Assembly: GCA_963848485.1 (NCBI GenBank)
Contig: CAWKDX010000001.1
Coordinates: 235,145-299,144 of the forward strand
Reading direction: 5' to 3'
DNA from: an uncultured Acidimicrobiia bacterium
GTDB taxonomy: Bacteria; Actinomycetota; Acidimicrobiia; IMCC26256; JAENVU01
DNA length: 64,000 nucleotides
Shown: one piece after another, positions 19,840 to 29,858 of the stretch
Layout: each line of letters starts with the position of its first letter
Numbering within the stretch: position 1 is the first letter of the stretch
Made by a program: the position numbers and the translations under genes
Notes under the pieces: generated by a model
Told to the model about the DNA's origin: nothing
Databases searched by the model: none
What the model saw: only the letters and a program-made list of their open reading frames with translations

Positions 19840-20919
19840 ATGCGGCTGATCCTCCACATCGGAATGTCGAAGACCGGCACGTCGACCTTGCAGGCGACGC
19901 TCAATGCGAACGCGCAACTGCTCGCCGCATCGGGGGTTCTCTACCCGAAGCCGAAGTTCGGCAAGGTGAACCACAACTACCTCACGACCCTCGTCCACCC
20001 CATGGAGAAGATCCAGCGGGAGTTCACGTCGGGCGGTCACGACTTCGAGTCGATCCGGGCTCGGGGCTCGGAGTTCTGGCAAGACCTGCAGCGGCAGGTC
20101 AAGCGCTCGAAGGCCGACATCGTCGTCTTGTCCGGCGAGTACATCTACGGGCTTGGCGACCGTTGCTCGACTCGCTGCGTCGCATGCTCCTCGAGCTCAC
20201 GAACGACATCCACATCGTCTGCTACGTGCGTCATCCGGCCTCGTACTACGTGTCGCTGACCCAGCAGATCGTCAAGGCGTCGTATCAGATCCGCGGTCCG
20301 GGTGAGTTTCAGATGCGGGCCCGGGATCCTTCTGCCCACCTTCGTCGAAGCCTTTCCGGGAAACGTGACCGTACGGGCATACGATCGGTCGGCGCTCGTC
20401 GACGGCGACATCGTCCATGACTTCGTGACCAACTTCCTCCGGGCGGTCAGGCGCTCATGAACATGGTCGTGGTCGACGACCGGAACGAGTCGATGTCGGC
20501 CGAAGCGATGTGCATCCTCCAGGCGTTGCGGCGCTCCGAATGGCCCGAGAGCAACGACCACTTCTTTCCGGAGAGCGACCACGTCTGGCAGGTGCTGAAC
20601 ACCATGCGAGACGATCCGAACCAGACGGCCGCGAAGCTCACGCCGGAGCTCCACCGAGCGGTCGTGCGCAGGCACCTGCCTGATCTGCGCTACCTCGAGG
20701 ACAACTTCGGCCTCGTCCTCGATCGGGACGGGGCCGAGAGCTGCCGCCTCGAGCGACCAGAGCCAACCGGACGGATGGTTGTCGCACGATCTGACCGAGA
20801 TCCTCGACGTGGATTCCGATTCGATCGAGCGCACGTTGCTGGCGCTCGTACGGGAGCTGTCCACCCGCGACGTTCGTCAACCGCGATCGAGGTCGGGGCG
20901 AGGCTCGTCACCCTCGTAG
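19840..20919 (+). CDS. Sulfotransferase-like P-loop protein (frame-interrupted)
   Basis: ATG at 19840. MRLILHIGMSKTGTSTLQATLNANAQLLAASGVLYPKP...ADIVVLSGEYIYGLGD, then LLDSLRRMLLELTNDIHIVCYVRHPASYYVSLTQQIVKAS, then FPGNVTVRAYDRSALVDGDIVHDFV, then ORF 20457-21005 frame NESMSAEAMCILQAL...LPDLRYLEDNFGLVL. At least 3 frame changes. The 3' end is approximate. Confidence 0.45.
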
Positions 20920-21698
20920 GTTCGACCCCATGCCGCGGTCGGCTTCGTGGCCACAAAGAGCGAGTTCCGATAGCGAGCTCGACGAATGCGTGTGGTCGAG
21001 TGTGACGGGCAAGGAACCCGATGTCGCTCGAGCAGGTCGAGCACATCCGTACCGAAGTCGGTGAACACGAGTGTGGGTTCGCTGCTCGGCGACGTGTGGT
21101 AGGCCGGCTTGAGATAGTGGACGAGCTTGCCGTCGACGATCGCACAGCGCACCCGGACGTCTCGGGCGGAGGCCACACGACGGGGACCGAGAAGACGTAG
21201 CGCCCTCTCGGCTTGAGCACACGGTAGATCTCCTGGAACGCTCGCTCCGGGTCCGCCACATGCTCCATGACGTGACTGCTGGTGATCAGGTCGAAGGATT
21301 CGTCGTCGAAGGTGAGCCGGTGGAGGTCCTCGTGACGCGTTCCGTCCGTCGCCGGGCCCGGGGCGCCCTTGATGTGTACTCGACTCGGTGTAGTCGGGCA
21401 GCTCCTTCAACCTCCGTCGGAGTGGCCCGGAGACGCCGACGTTGTACACCGACAAGGCCTGTACTCGGTCGTCTCGTACCAGCGAGGTCATCGACAGGTG
21501 GCGGCCTCGACCGATCTCTTCGAGCACCACCGAGGCTTCGTTCCGTACGCGAAGTGTGGCGCTACAGCTCAGACAACGGAACGAGCGGTCGACGAGCTTG
21601 GCGCTCTCGGTCTCGAACCGCCCCACGTGGCCACAGATCGAACAGACCCCGTCATATCCGATCGGACGGCTGGGCGGTGATGAGCCTCTGCGCAGCAC
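20877..21698 (-). CDS. Class I SAM-dependent methyltransferase with N-terminal Cys4 zinc-ribbon (frame-interrupted)
   Basis: CSICGHVGRFE...FRCLSCSATLR at the N-terminus. Middle part in ORF 20690-21268 frame: ...FDLITSSHVMEHVADPERAFQEIYRVLKPRGRYVFSVPV (Methyltransf_11-type motif). Tail ...VDGKLVHYLKPAYHTSPSSEPTLVFTDFGTDVLDLLE. 2 frame changes. Confidence 0.6.
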   Translation of the reverse strand: MLRRGSSPPSRPIGYDGVCSICGHVGRFETESAKLVDRSFRCLSCSATLRVRNEASVVLEEIGRGRHLSMTSLVRDDRVQALSVYNVGVSGPLRRRLKELPDYTESSTHQGRPGPGDGRNASRGPPPAHLRRRILRPDHQQSRHGACGGPGASVPGDLPCAQAERALRLLGPRRVASARDVRVRCAIVDGKLVHYLKPAYHTSPSSEPTLVFTDFGTDVLDLLERHRVPCPSHSTTRIRRARYRNSLFVATKPTAAWGRTYEGDEPRPDLDRG

Positions 21699-21793
21699 TC
21701 GACGACCTGCTCATCGACCTCGCGTGGTCGTGGTGGTCGTCGGAGTCTTCGACCCCGACGACTGACTCGCTCCGGTGCTCGGCCCGGTGATGT

Positions 21794-22845
21794 TCACGCC
21801 GCCCCGTTGTTGGGAAGCACCCAGAAGTTGATCTTCCCGGACTCGATCGCCTTGAGCATGTCGTACTGATCGCCGGTCAGACCGAGTGCGGCGATCGACT
21901 GTGCCTCCGCCTGGCGCTGGGCGATCTCGTTCTCCTTGGTCTGGATCTGGATCGCCGAAGTCCGGTTGTCCTGGAACGCCTGCGTGACCGACGCGGGGAG
22001 GTTCACCGACTTGATGATGAACGTCGGGTCGCCGCACTTTCCACCCGGTCCGAAGGTCGGCGAGCAGAAGAACGGTGCGCCGAGCGCATCCTTGAGTCGT
22101 TGCGAGAGCTTCTGCTGCACGCGGTTCTGGAGCTGCACGAGGAGCTGCGCGTTGCCGAACAGGTCGGCGACGTCGACCTGGCGGGTCTCCTCCTGCAGCG
22201 CGTTCTCGATCTGCTGGCGGAAGGTGTCCTGGATCAGCTTGTACCAGCCCGGCGCGGTGTACGCCTTGTATCGAAGCCCAAGCTCCTCATGAAAGGCGCG
22301 CAGCCGGTCGGTGTTGAGCTTGAAGTAGACCGCGACCTGATACGTGGCCTGAACCCGGTCCTTGGTCGGCGCGATGATCGAGTCCGGAGACTTCTGTGCG
22401 CCGACGCCCTGCTGCGCCGAGACGATGTAGTTCTGCTGGTCCGACGGGTAGAGGTACAGCGGGTCGAGAATTCCGTTGAAGAACAAGCTCGAGCCGGGTG
22501 AGACGACCCCTTGGTAGTGCGTCCCCTCGAAGGGACCGCCGCCGTAGCTGATGCCGATGCGGTTTCGTGGTGTCTTGTAGACGCCGACGAAGCTCTTGAT
22601 GTCGTTCCGTGAGATGGGTAGCACGAGAAGCGCCACGATGACCGCGGCGACGATGATCAGCGCCCGCCACTTTGTGCTGATGCGCGGCAGGTGTTCCGGG
22701 CATGCCGTGGCAGTTCGGCGGCACGTCCGGTCGGGGTGGCTTCGCGGTCGACCAGCGGGATCGCGGCGCCATGGGGCGACGGTTCGCCGTCTTCGTCGGT
22801 CGGCCGCGTTCCATTGCCGTCGTCGTCGCCGGTCTGATCGGACAC
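21794..22845 (-). CDS. SPFH / band-7 (prohibitin/stomatin-like) membrane protein (one frame change near the N-terminus)
   Basis: GTG 22845 preceded by AAGGAG. Acidic N-terminus, then TM helix WRALIIVAAVIVALLVL, then the intact 280-aa ORF 21794-22636. C-terminal coiled coil QIQTKENEIAQRQAEAQSIAALG. Confidence 0.7.
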
Positions 22846-22870
22846 CTCGAACTCCTTTTTCTTTGAGTTC

Positions 22871-23714
22871 TCAAAGATGGATCGTGAACTCGCGCTCACG
22901 CTTGAGGAACACGTACCCTCCGACGACGAGCAGCGCGAGCGCCCAAAGGCCCGTCTCCAAGACCAAGGAGAAGCTCGGCATGGTTCCGGTTGCGATTGCC
23001 TGGTACAGGCGAAGAGTGGGAAGAGCGGCTGCCACTGGAGGAGGGCCTTCACGTTCGCCGGGAGCAGGGCCACCGGGTACATGACGGGGGTGGCGAAGAA
23101 CAGGATCCGGTTGACGTACGACATCAAGTTGGACCCGTCGGGGACCAGTACGACGTACGTCGAGACGAGTAACGCGATGCCGACGTTCATCATGATCTGG
23201 AACCCGAACAGCAGGGGAAGCACGAGGAGGCCCGGACCGATCTGACCCCCCAACAGCGGGAAGAGCACCGCCAGGACGATGGCTGCGGGAACGAACTCCC
23301 GCAATGACTTGTAGACCGAGGTCACCGGGAGCAAGCGCTCGGGGGAAGGTCGAGTTGAGCATCAGGCCCCTGGCCCGACGGATCGAGTTGCCACCTTCGC
23401 CCAGCGCCGCGGTGCTGAGTCCGAACAGGAAGAAGCCGGCGATGAGGACCGGGAGGAACGAGGTGTTCGCGCCCGAACGCGAGGACCGAGTAGAGGAAGA
23501 AGTAGATCCCCGCCTGGAAGAGCGGGTTGAGAACGCTCCAGATGTTGCCGAGCGCGGTGCGGCTCCGTGCGGTGCGGAGGTCGGCCTTGGCGAGCGCCGC
23601 CATGAAGCGGCGCCGTTCGAAGAGGGCCTCCAGGTAGGGGCGCAGCTGGGGCATGCTCTTGGTGTGGGGTTCAAAGACGTACTCGACATCGCTGTAGTCG
23701 CCGACCGTGTCCAT
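22871..23714 (-). CDS. ABC-2-type polysaccharide/teichoic-acid exporter permease (Wzm/TagG/RfbD-like) (frame-interrupted)
   Basis: MDTVGDYSDVEYVFEPHTKSMPQLRPYLEALFERRRFMAALAKADLRTARSRTALGNIWSVLNPLFQAGIYFFLY (characteristic ABC-2 N-terminus). Then FLPVLIAGFFLFGL, LLPVTSVYKSLREFVPAAIVLAVLFPLL, VNRILFFATPVMYPVALLPANVKALLQWQPLFPLF, and tail LWALALLVVGGYVFLKREREFTIHL*. About 3 frame changes. Confidence 0.65.
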
Positions 23715-23723
23715 CGCGCTGCC

Positions 23724-24524
23724 TCAGATGTCCCACGTGCCGAGGGACTCGATGCGGCAGTACCGCATGTACTTGCCCACGACATCGTCGACGTCGCCCA
23801 GCTCGGCGACGCGGCCCTGGTGGAGCCACAGTGCGTCGGTCGCCATCATCTTCACTGTGCTCAACCCGTGGCTCACGAGAATGATCGTGCGCCCCTCGCC
23901 GGTGAGCTGCGCTGTCCGCTCGGCGATGTGCTCCGAGAACGCGGCGTCACCGCCGGTCAACGCCTCGTCGATGAGCAGGATCTCGGGATCGAGGAACACC
24001 GCGATCGACGAACCCAGCCGCATGCGCATCCCCTGCGAGTACGCGTGCATCGGCAGGTCCAGGTAGCCCGAGAGCTGCGCGAACTCGGCGATCTCGTCGG
24101 TGATGTCGGCCAGGCGTTCCGGTGACATCCCGCTCGCGAGCCCGCCGAGGGTGATGTTCTCCCTACCGGTCAGTGCTGGGCTGAAGCCGAGGCCGGGGGA
24201 GAGGAGGTTCAGCCGTCCCCGCACGGTGACCCGGCCGGATTCGGGAGGCAGGATGCCCATGATGACGCGACAGAGCGTGGACTTGCCCGCACCGTTGCGC
24301 CCGATGACCGCCAGCACGGATCCTTTGCGGACATTGAACGAGACTTCGCGCAGTGCCGGGATCATCCGGCCGCCGGAGTCTCCTTTGCGGAACAGGCGCC
24401 GCAAGTCGGTGCGAATGTCCTCCGAGTCGATTCGGACGTGGTACGAAGCTGAGAGGTCGTCGACCTCGATGGAGGGGCGTTCGGCCGCGGACGGTTGCCC
24501 CGCCGCCACGTCGGAATCATCCAT
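23724..24524 (-). CDS. ABC exporter ATP-binding protein (Wzt/TagH/RfbE-like), short form without a C-terminal glycan-binding domain
   Basis: Intact frame with ATG at 24524. Walker A GRNGAGKSTL, signature YSQGMRMRL, Walker B ILLIDEAL, H-loop ILVSHG. It lies 9 bp upstream of the permease. Confidence 0.85.
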   Translation of the reverse strand: MDDSDVAAGQPSAAERPSIEVDDLSASYHVRIDSEDIRTDLRRLFRKGDSGGRMIPALREVSFNVRKGSVLAVIGRNGAGKSTLCRVIMGILPPESGRVTVRGRLNLLSPGLGFSPALTGRENITLGGLASGMSPERLADITDEIAEFAQLSGYLDLPMHAYSQGMRMRLGSSIAVFLDPEILLIDEALTGGDAAFSEHIAERTAQLTGEGRTIILVSHGLSTVKMMATDALWLHQGRVAELGDVDDVVGKYMRYCRIESLGTWDI

Positions 24525-24568
24525 CGCGCGTGTGGCGCGAGACGACCGGTCCCAATGGTCGGTTGCGG

Positions 24569-25036
24569 TCACTCGCGCCTCTGGTCGAGCGAGTCGATCG
24601 CGTGCTTGGCCGCCGTGAGCTCTTCTCGCTCGGCGATTCGCACGAGGTCTGCGATCTCGGGTTCCATCGTGAGGACACGCTTCTCCTTGACCCGTCCATT
24701 CGGTAGACGTTCCGTGACATTGCGGCGCGACGAGCAGATTGGGCCGATTCGCCTCTCGGGTCAAGGTGTTGATCTCGGTCGATGATCCCCGCAACTTCCC
24801 GGACGCTCAGCTGGATCTGCCGGGCTGCATCCGCCGCATCGAGCTCGGCTCCCGTGGCGGCAGCTCTCGCCACGAACGCCAGGAGTGACCGGCTGGACTC
24901 ATCGATGCTGTCGTACATCGCGCTCGAGTGACGGCTGGTCCCAGGGCTCGATCGACGCCCGGGCCATGGCGCGGAGGATGAACTGCATGACATCCTCGAC
25001 GTGCTCCTCGGGCACGGGCACCATCACGTACGGCAT
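24569..25036 (-). CDS. Hypothetical small protein upstream of the ABC exporter genes (frame-interrupted)
   Basis: ATG 25036 preceded by GGGGGAG. MPYVMVPVPEEHVEDVMQFILRAMARASIEPWDQPS..YDSIDESSRSLLAFVARAAATGAELDAADAARQIQLSVREVAGII..INTLTREANRPNLLVA...EPEIADLVRIAEREELTAAKHAIDSLDQRRE*. No family recognised. Confidence 0.3.
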
Positions 25037-25262
25037 CGCCTACTCCCCCTCGTCCTTAGCGGCGTGAGGCTACATGACGCGTTCGCGCTCCGTGCCGCGG
25101 GACCCGACGCCGAGACCAGCGAGCCTCTCCGACAGGCGGGTGGGACCTGGGACGGTGCGAGAGACGGCCGCCCGAGACGGTCGCGCGGAGCGAGCCGGAG
25201 CGGCCCTGCGACCCGCCACGCTACGCGCGCAAGACGGCGGCTGGCGGGTCAGGTCCGACGGG

Positions 25263-26463
25263 TCACGTCACCCCGAGCGCGTCGACGATCCGTTGGATCT
25301 GGCGGTCCCAGGACCAGGAGGCCTCGGCCGAGGCCCGGGCGCCACGACCGAGCCGTTGACGCCTCGCGGGGTCGTCGCGGAGCTGGATCAGGGCGTCGGC
25401 GAGGGAGCGGACGTCGCCCGGAGGCACCAGCATCGCGTCGGTCCCGTCCGTGAGGCGCTCCTGGAGCTGACCGTACGCCGGGGCGACCACGGGCAGGCCG
25501 GCCGCAAGGTACTCGGCGAGCTTGAGGGGGGAGTAGTGGAACGACGCGTCGGCCGAGGCGAGAACGACGAGGGCGGCGTCCATGGCCGCGAGGTGCCGGG
25601 GGATCTCGGCGTGCGGGGTCGTCCCCGCGAACACCACGGAGGCGCGCTGTTCAGTCGCGAGGCGCTCGAGCCGTGGCCGTTCGGGGCCGTCGCCCACGAG
25701 CAGGAGGGTGGCGCCCTCCACCTGCTTGATCGCATGGATGGCCAGGTCGATGGAGTGGAACCGTCGGAAGCTGCCGACCCAACCGACGACGAAGCGGCCG
25801 TCGAGCCCGAGCTCGTGGCGCAGCTCAGGATCCGTCCCGGGCGTGAAGACATCGAGGTCGACTCCGGTCGGGGTGATCAGGATGCGGTCCTCGGAGACGC
25901 CGAGGCGGATCACTTCTTCGGCGACGGTCGCGGTGCCGCAGGCAACGAGGTCGGCGGAGCGCAGCGCGGGGCACTCACCGAATCGTTCCAGCATCCGGCC
26001 CCAGCCGGGTCTGCGGACACCCCAGCGCGCGGCCTCCCAGACCTGGGGCGCGGGCACGAACAGCACCGAGGGCACCCCGAGTGACCGGGCCAGCTCGATC
26101 CCACCGGTGTGGAACACCTCGTGGCGTTGCCAGACGAACGCCACGTCCTGACCCGTCCATGGGCCCGTCGGTTCGATCGAACCCCGCCGGCCCTGTCGCC
26201 ACTGGAGGATGTCCTTCGCGGCGATCTTGGCCGTCACCGGTACGAAACGAGGCCACACGGGCGCCGACGCGCTGCGTGAGATGGGCCGCGGAACCGAAAC
26301 GGCGCGCCTGATCCGGGTCCATGATTCCGTACGGGGTGACGATCCAGGCCTCACCGAGGACGCGGCGGGCGGCGCCGGCCCACCCGGCGGTGCTGACGAG
26401 CGCGGCGACGGGGCCCTGCTGACGGGCCGTCGCGCCGGAGAGGGCGAAGATCGCGGATCGCAT
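25263..26463 (-). CDS. GT4-family (GT-B) glycosyltransferase (one frame change)
   Basis: ATG 26463 (MRSAIFALSGATARQQGPVAALVSTAGWAGAARRVLGEAWIVTPYG). It joins ORF 25263-26354 near 26290. ...VGWVGSFRRFHSIDLAIHA...FHYSPLKLAEYLAAGLPVVAPAYGQLQERLTDGTDAMLVPPGD. Confidence 0.7.
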
Positions 26464-26486
26464 CGAAGAGAAGGTAGTGGCCCGGC

Positions 26487-27624
26487 TCAGCAGCCTCCCG
26501 CGACGAGGCTCTGAGCCGCCGCATTCGGGTAGTCGTTGCTCCCCAGGGCGAGGCCACAGGAGTCGTACGTCCTCGTGCCGTACATGACGAAGCCCGTCTT
26601 GAAGACCTGGTGGTTTCCGTGCACGGCGACGCCGTCGACCCGCCAGAATTGCATCGCCGCCTGCTGCGGGTTCGCCAGAGGAAGGTCCGAGGTGTTGTTC
26701 AGCACCGCCCAGTCGTGGCGCCTCCCTCCGCTCTTGTCGCTCACGAAGACCTGCAGGGCCTCGCCGTGGAGCCGGTTGGACTGGATCGTGACGTCGTTGA
26801 CGGGTCCGTGGCCCGCGGCAGCAACGAAGAAGAGCCGTCCCGGTCGAAACGTCGTTGTTGCGGATCAGGACGTTCTCCACCCCCCAACCGCTCCCGGCCC
26901 CCGGCTCGAGGTCGAACGAGGCCCGCCGCATGTCGCTGAAGGTGTTCGCCTCGATGACGACGTTCGTGGCGGCCGCCATCGAGATGCCCTGACGACCGTT
27001 GCGCGCGAAGTGGCTTCCAGAGATGCGGACGTCGTCGGACCAGTCGACTCCGTGCTCCCTGGTGATCTCGACGAAGTCGCCGTACGTGTCCGTCACGGTC
27101 ACGCCGGTGAGCGCGACGTGGTGCACGCCCTGGAGGTCGAAGCCGTGCTGCGCCTCCTTCGTGACCTGGTAGGCGTCGTCGGCCCAACCGGCGTGCGGGT
27201 TCGCGCCCTGGACCCGCAGGTTCTTGAAGACGATGTCGGAGCCGCCCGTCACGAGGATGTTGCTCCGGACGCGATCGCCGGGCGTCGTCGCGAAGATCTT
27301 GGCGTTGTTCCCCTCGAACGTCAGTCCGTGCCGGTGGAAGCAGGACGAGGGTGCTCTCCATGCGGTACTGGCCGCCGGCCGCCAGCCGGACGGTGCGCCC
27401 GTCGGGCACCGAGGCCAGGAACGCCCGGAAGGCGCCGGAGACATCGGTGCGCCCGGTTGCGTCGATCGAGGTCGGTACCCGCACGACTGGGGCCGCCGCG
27501 GGGGCCGCGGCCGGGGGCTGGGCGAGCGGCCGGGGGCGACGGGGCGGGTGGGCCGGGGGCTGATGCAGCCGCTCAGGGCGGCGGCGGCCAGGAGGACGAC
27601 GGGCACAGCGGAGCGGCGCAGCAT
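26487..27624 (-). CDS. Secreted right-handed parallel beta-helix repeat lipoprotein, paralog 1 (frame-interrupted)
   Basis: ATG 27624. Lipobox in MLRRSAVPVVLLAAAALSGC. IDATGRTDVSGAFRAFLASVPDGRTVRL. Beta-helix repeats NILVTGGSDIVFKNLRVQGANPHAGW...HHVALTGVTVTDTYGDFVEI...VRISGSHFARNGRQGISMAAATNVVIEANTFSDMRRASFDLEP...VENVLIRNNDV. Tail in ORF 26487-26744. At least 3 frame changes. Confidence 0.6.
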
Positions 27625-27723
27625 GGGATTCCCCGGGGAGAAGAGTGTGGCTTTTGACCTATCGGTCGGAAACCGGCACTCCTGAGCAATTTCCTGCTCG
27701 CTCACGGCGTGGCACCATGCCGC

Positions 27724-29814
27724 ATGCGCATCCTTCATCTTGTGTCGCGCAGCCACCGCCGGGGCGCGGAACAGGTCGCGCTCGAGCTGGCCCAGGAGCT
27801 CGATGCTCTCGGCCACACCAATCGAGTGCTGGCGCTCGTTCCGGCGGACAACGGCAACATCGACCCCCGGCTGCCACCCCTTGTCCAACAGGTCGAGCTC
27901 CGGCCGTCGCTTCGCGCCCTGTGCACCTGGCGACTCCGCCGGCTCCTCGCGACCGAGCCGTACGACGTCGTGCTCGCACACGGGGGCTGGCCGGCGCAGG
28001 TCGCCGCATTCAGCGTCGGACCGGGCGGCCCGATCCTGGTCTGGCAGCGGATCCTCGGGTTTCCGGAAGCCCTCTGGCGTGGGCCGCGACACGGACTGTG
28101 GCGGACCGTGGCCGGACGGGTCGACGCCACCGTCGGTCTGACCGGATCCGATGCCGAGGAGATGCGCAGGCTCGGCTTCACGGGGCCCATCTGGGTCATC
28201 CCGAACTTTCGCCGACCCGAACGGTTCTTTGCGGTCGACCGCCCGACCGCCAGCGCCGCCCTCCGCCGCGAGATCGGGGTCGACGGCGACGTGGGTCTGA
28301 TCGGGTTCGTCGGCCACCTCGTCGCGCAGAAGCGCCCGGAGCGCGCCGTCGAGGTGCTGGCCGATCTCCGGAGGAGGGGCCACCCTGCGCATCTGGTCGT
28401 CGCCGGTGACGGTCCGGTCCGCCGACTCGTGGAGGAGGTCGCGCACGCCCGCGGCGTCACCCGAAGCGTCACGATGCTCGGGCACCGCAACGATGTCGAG
28501 CTCGTCTTCGGAGGAGTGGACGTCGCGATTCTCACGAGCGACTTCGAAGGGATGCCAGGGGTTGCGATCGAGGCTCAGATGGCCGGGTGTCCGCTGGTCT
28601 CGTTCCCGGTGGGCGGCGTGGCCGAGGTGGTCGAGAACGGCGTCACCGGCACGATCCTCGAGCGCCCCGACACGAGGCTGATGGCGGACGAAGTCGCGCG
28701 GCTGCTCGACGACGAGGAGCTCCGGGACCGGATGGGAGCGGCGGCCCGGGTCCTCGCCGATGGCTTCACCGCACGCCAGTCGGCCCTCACCTACGAGTCC
28801 TACCTCCTGTCGCAGCTCGAGACCCAGGCCGCCGCGCCGCGTTCGACCCGGTGGTTCGGTCGGCGGGCTGCGCCCGGGTTGGTCGAAGAACGTCTGCCCA
28901 ACCTCTTCATCCTCGGTGCGCCGAAGGCCGGCACCACGTTCGTCCACCAAGCGCTCCGACTGGTCCCCGAGGTCTTCATGTCGGAGGTGAAGGAACCGGG
29001 CTTCTTTACCTCGAGGGAGTACCGACTTGGCATCGACCACTACGCGGAGGCGTACTTCCGGGGCGCGGGCGGTCATCCCCTCCGGGGCGAATCCACCCCG
29101 TGGTACCTCTATTCGCAAGATGCGCGGAGCCGGATCGGCGAGCTCTCCGCACCGTCGCCGCCGAAGCTCGTCGTCATCGTGCGCCGACCCGCGGACCGCG
29201 CCCTGTCGATGCATCGCGATCAGGTGCGGATCCGCCGCGAGCGAAGGCCCTTCGAAGTCGCCGTCGAAGAGGAGCTGGCGGGACTCGACCGCGGTGATCT
29301 CGCGGAAGACGTTCGGAACCGGTACATCTGGTGCGGCTTCTACACGCAACACGTCCGCGCCTGGCAGGACGCCTTCGGACCCGATTCGGTGCAGGTGATC
29401 GTGTTCGAGGATCTCGCCCGCGACGCAGACGCCGTCTGGTCCGAGCTGAGCTCGTTCCTGGGCCACGACCTCGGTCCGTCCACCTTCTCGCGGGTGAGCG
29501 AGCGCGACATGAACCTGGCGGGAGATCTCCGATGGCCGCGTCTCGACCGGCTCGTGCGGTCGCTCGAGGGCCGGGAGCTGGCTCCGGTGGAGCTGGCGAA
29601 GCGGGCCCTCCCTCCGGGGGCCCACCGGCGTCTGGCCCAGCGGCTGGGCCGGATGAATCGCGAACGATCGGCGGACTCCGTCACCGATCGGGAGAACGTC
29701 GACGCGGCTCTCCTCGCTGAGCTCGACACGGTCTTCGCCGACGAGCACGCAGCTGGTGGAGGAGGTCCTTGGCCGACCCATCGAAGCCTGGTCCCGGGCC
29801 CGGCCGCTGCTCTG
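27724..29814 (+). CDS. In-frame fusion of a GT4 glycosyltransferase and a carbohydrate sulfotransferase (one frame change near the 3' end)
   Basis: MRILHLVSRSHRRGAEQVALELA...ILTSDFEGMPGVAIEAQMAGCPLVSFPVGGVAEVVENGVTG (GT-B). It continues without a stop into LPNLFILGAPKAGTTFVHQAL (5'-PSB loop) ... KLVVIVRRPADRALSMH (3'-PB pattern) ... VIVFEDLARD. After a shift near 29745 it reads TQLVEEVLGRPIEAWSRARPLL*, with TGA at 29812-29814. Confidence 0.7.
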
Positions 29815-29858
29815 ACGAACAGCACGTCGACAGAAGCAGGGACGCTCGTCTCGCCGAC

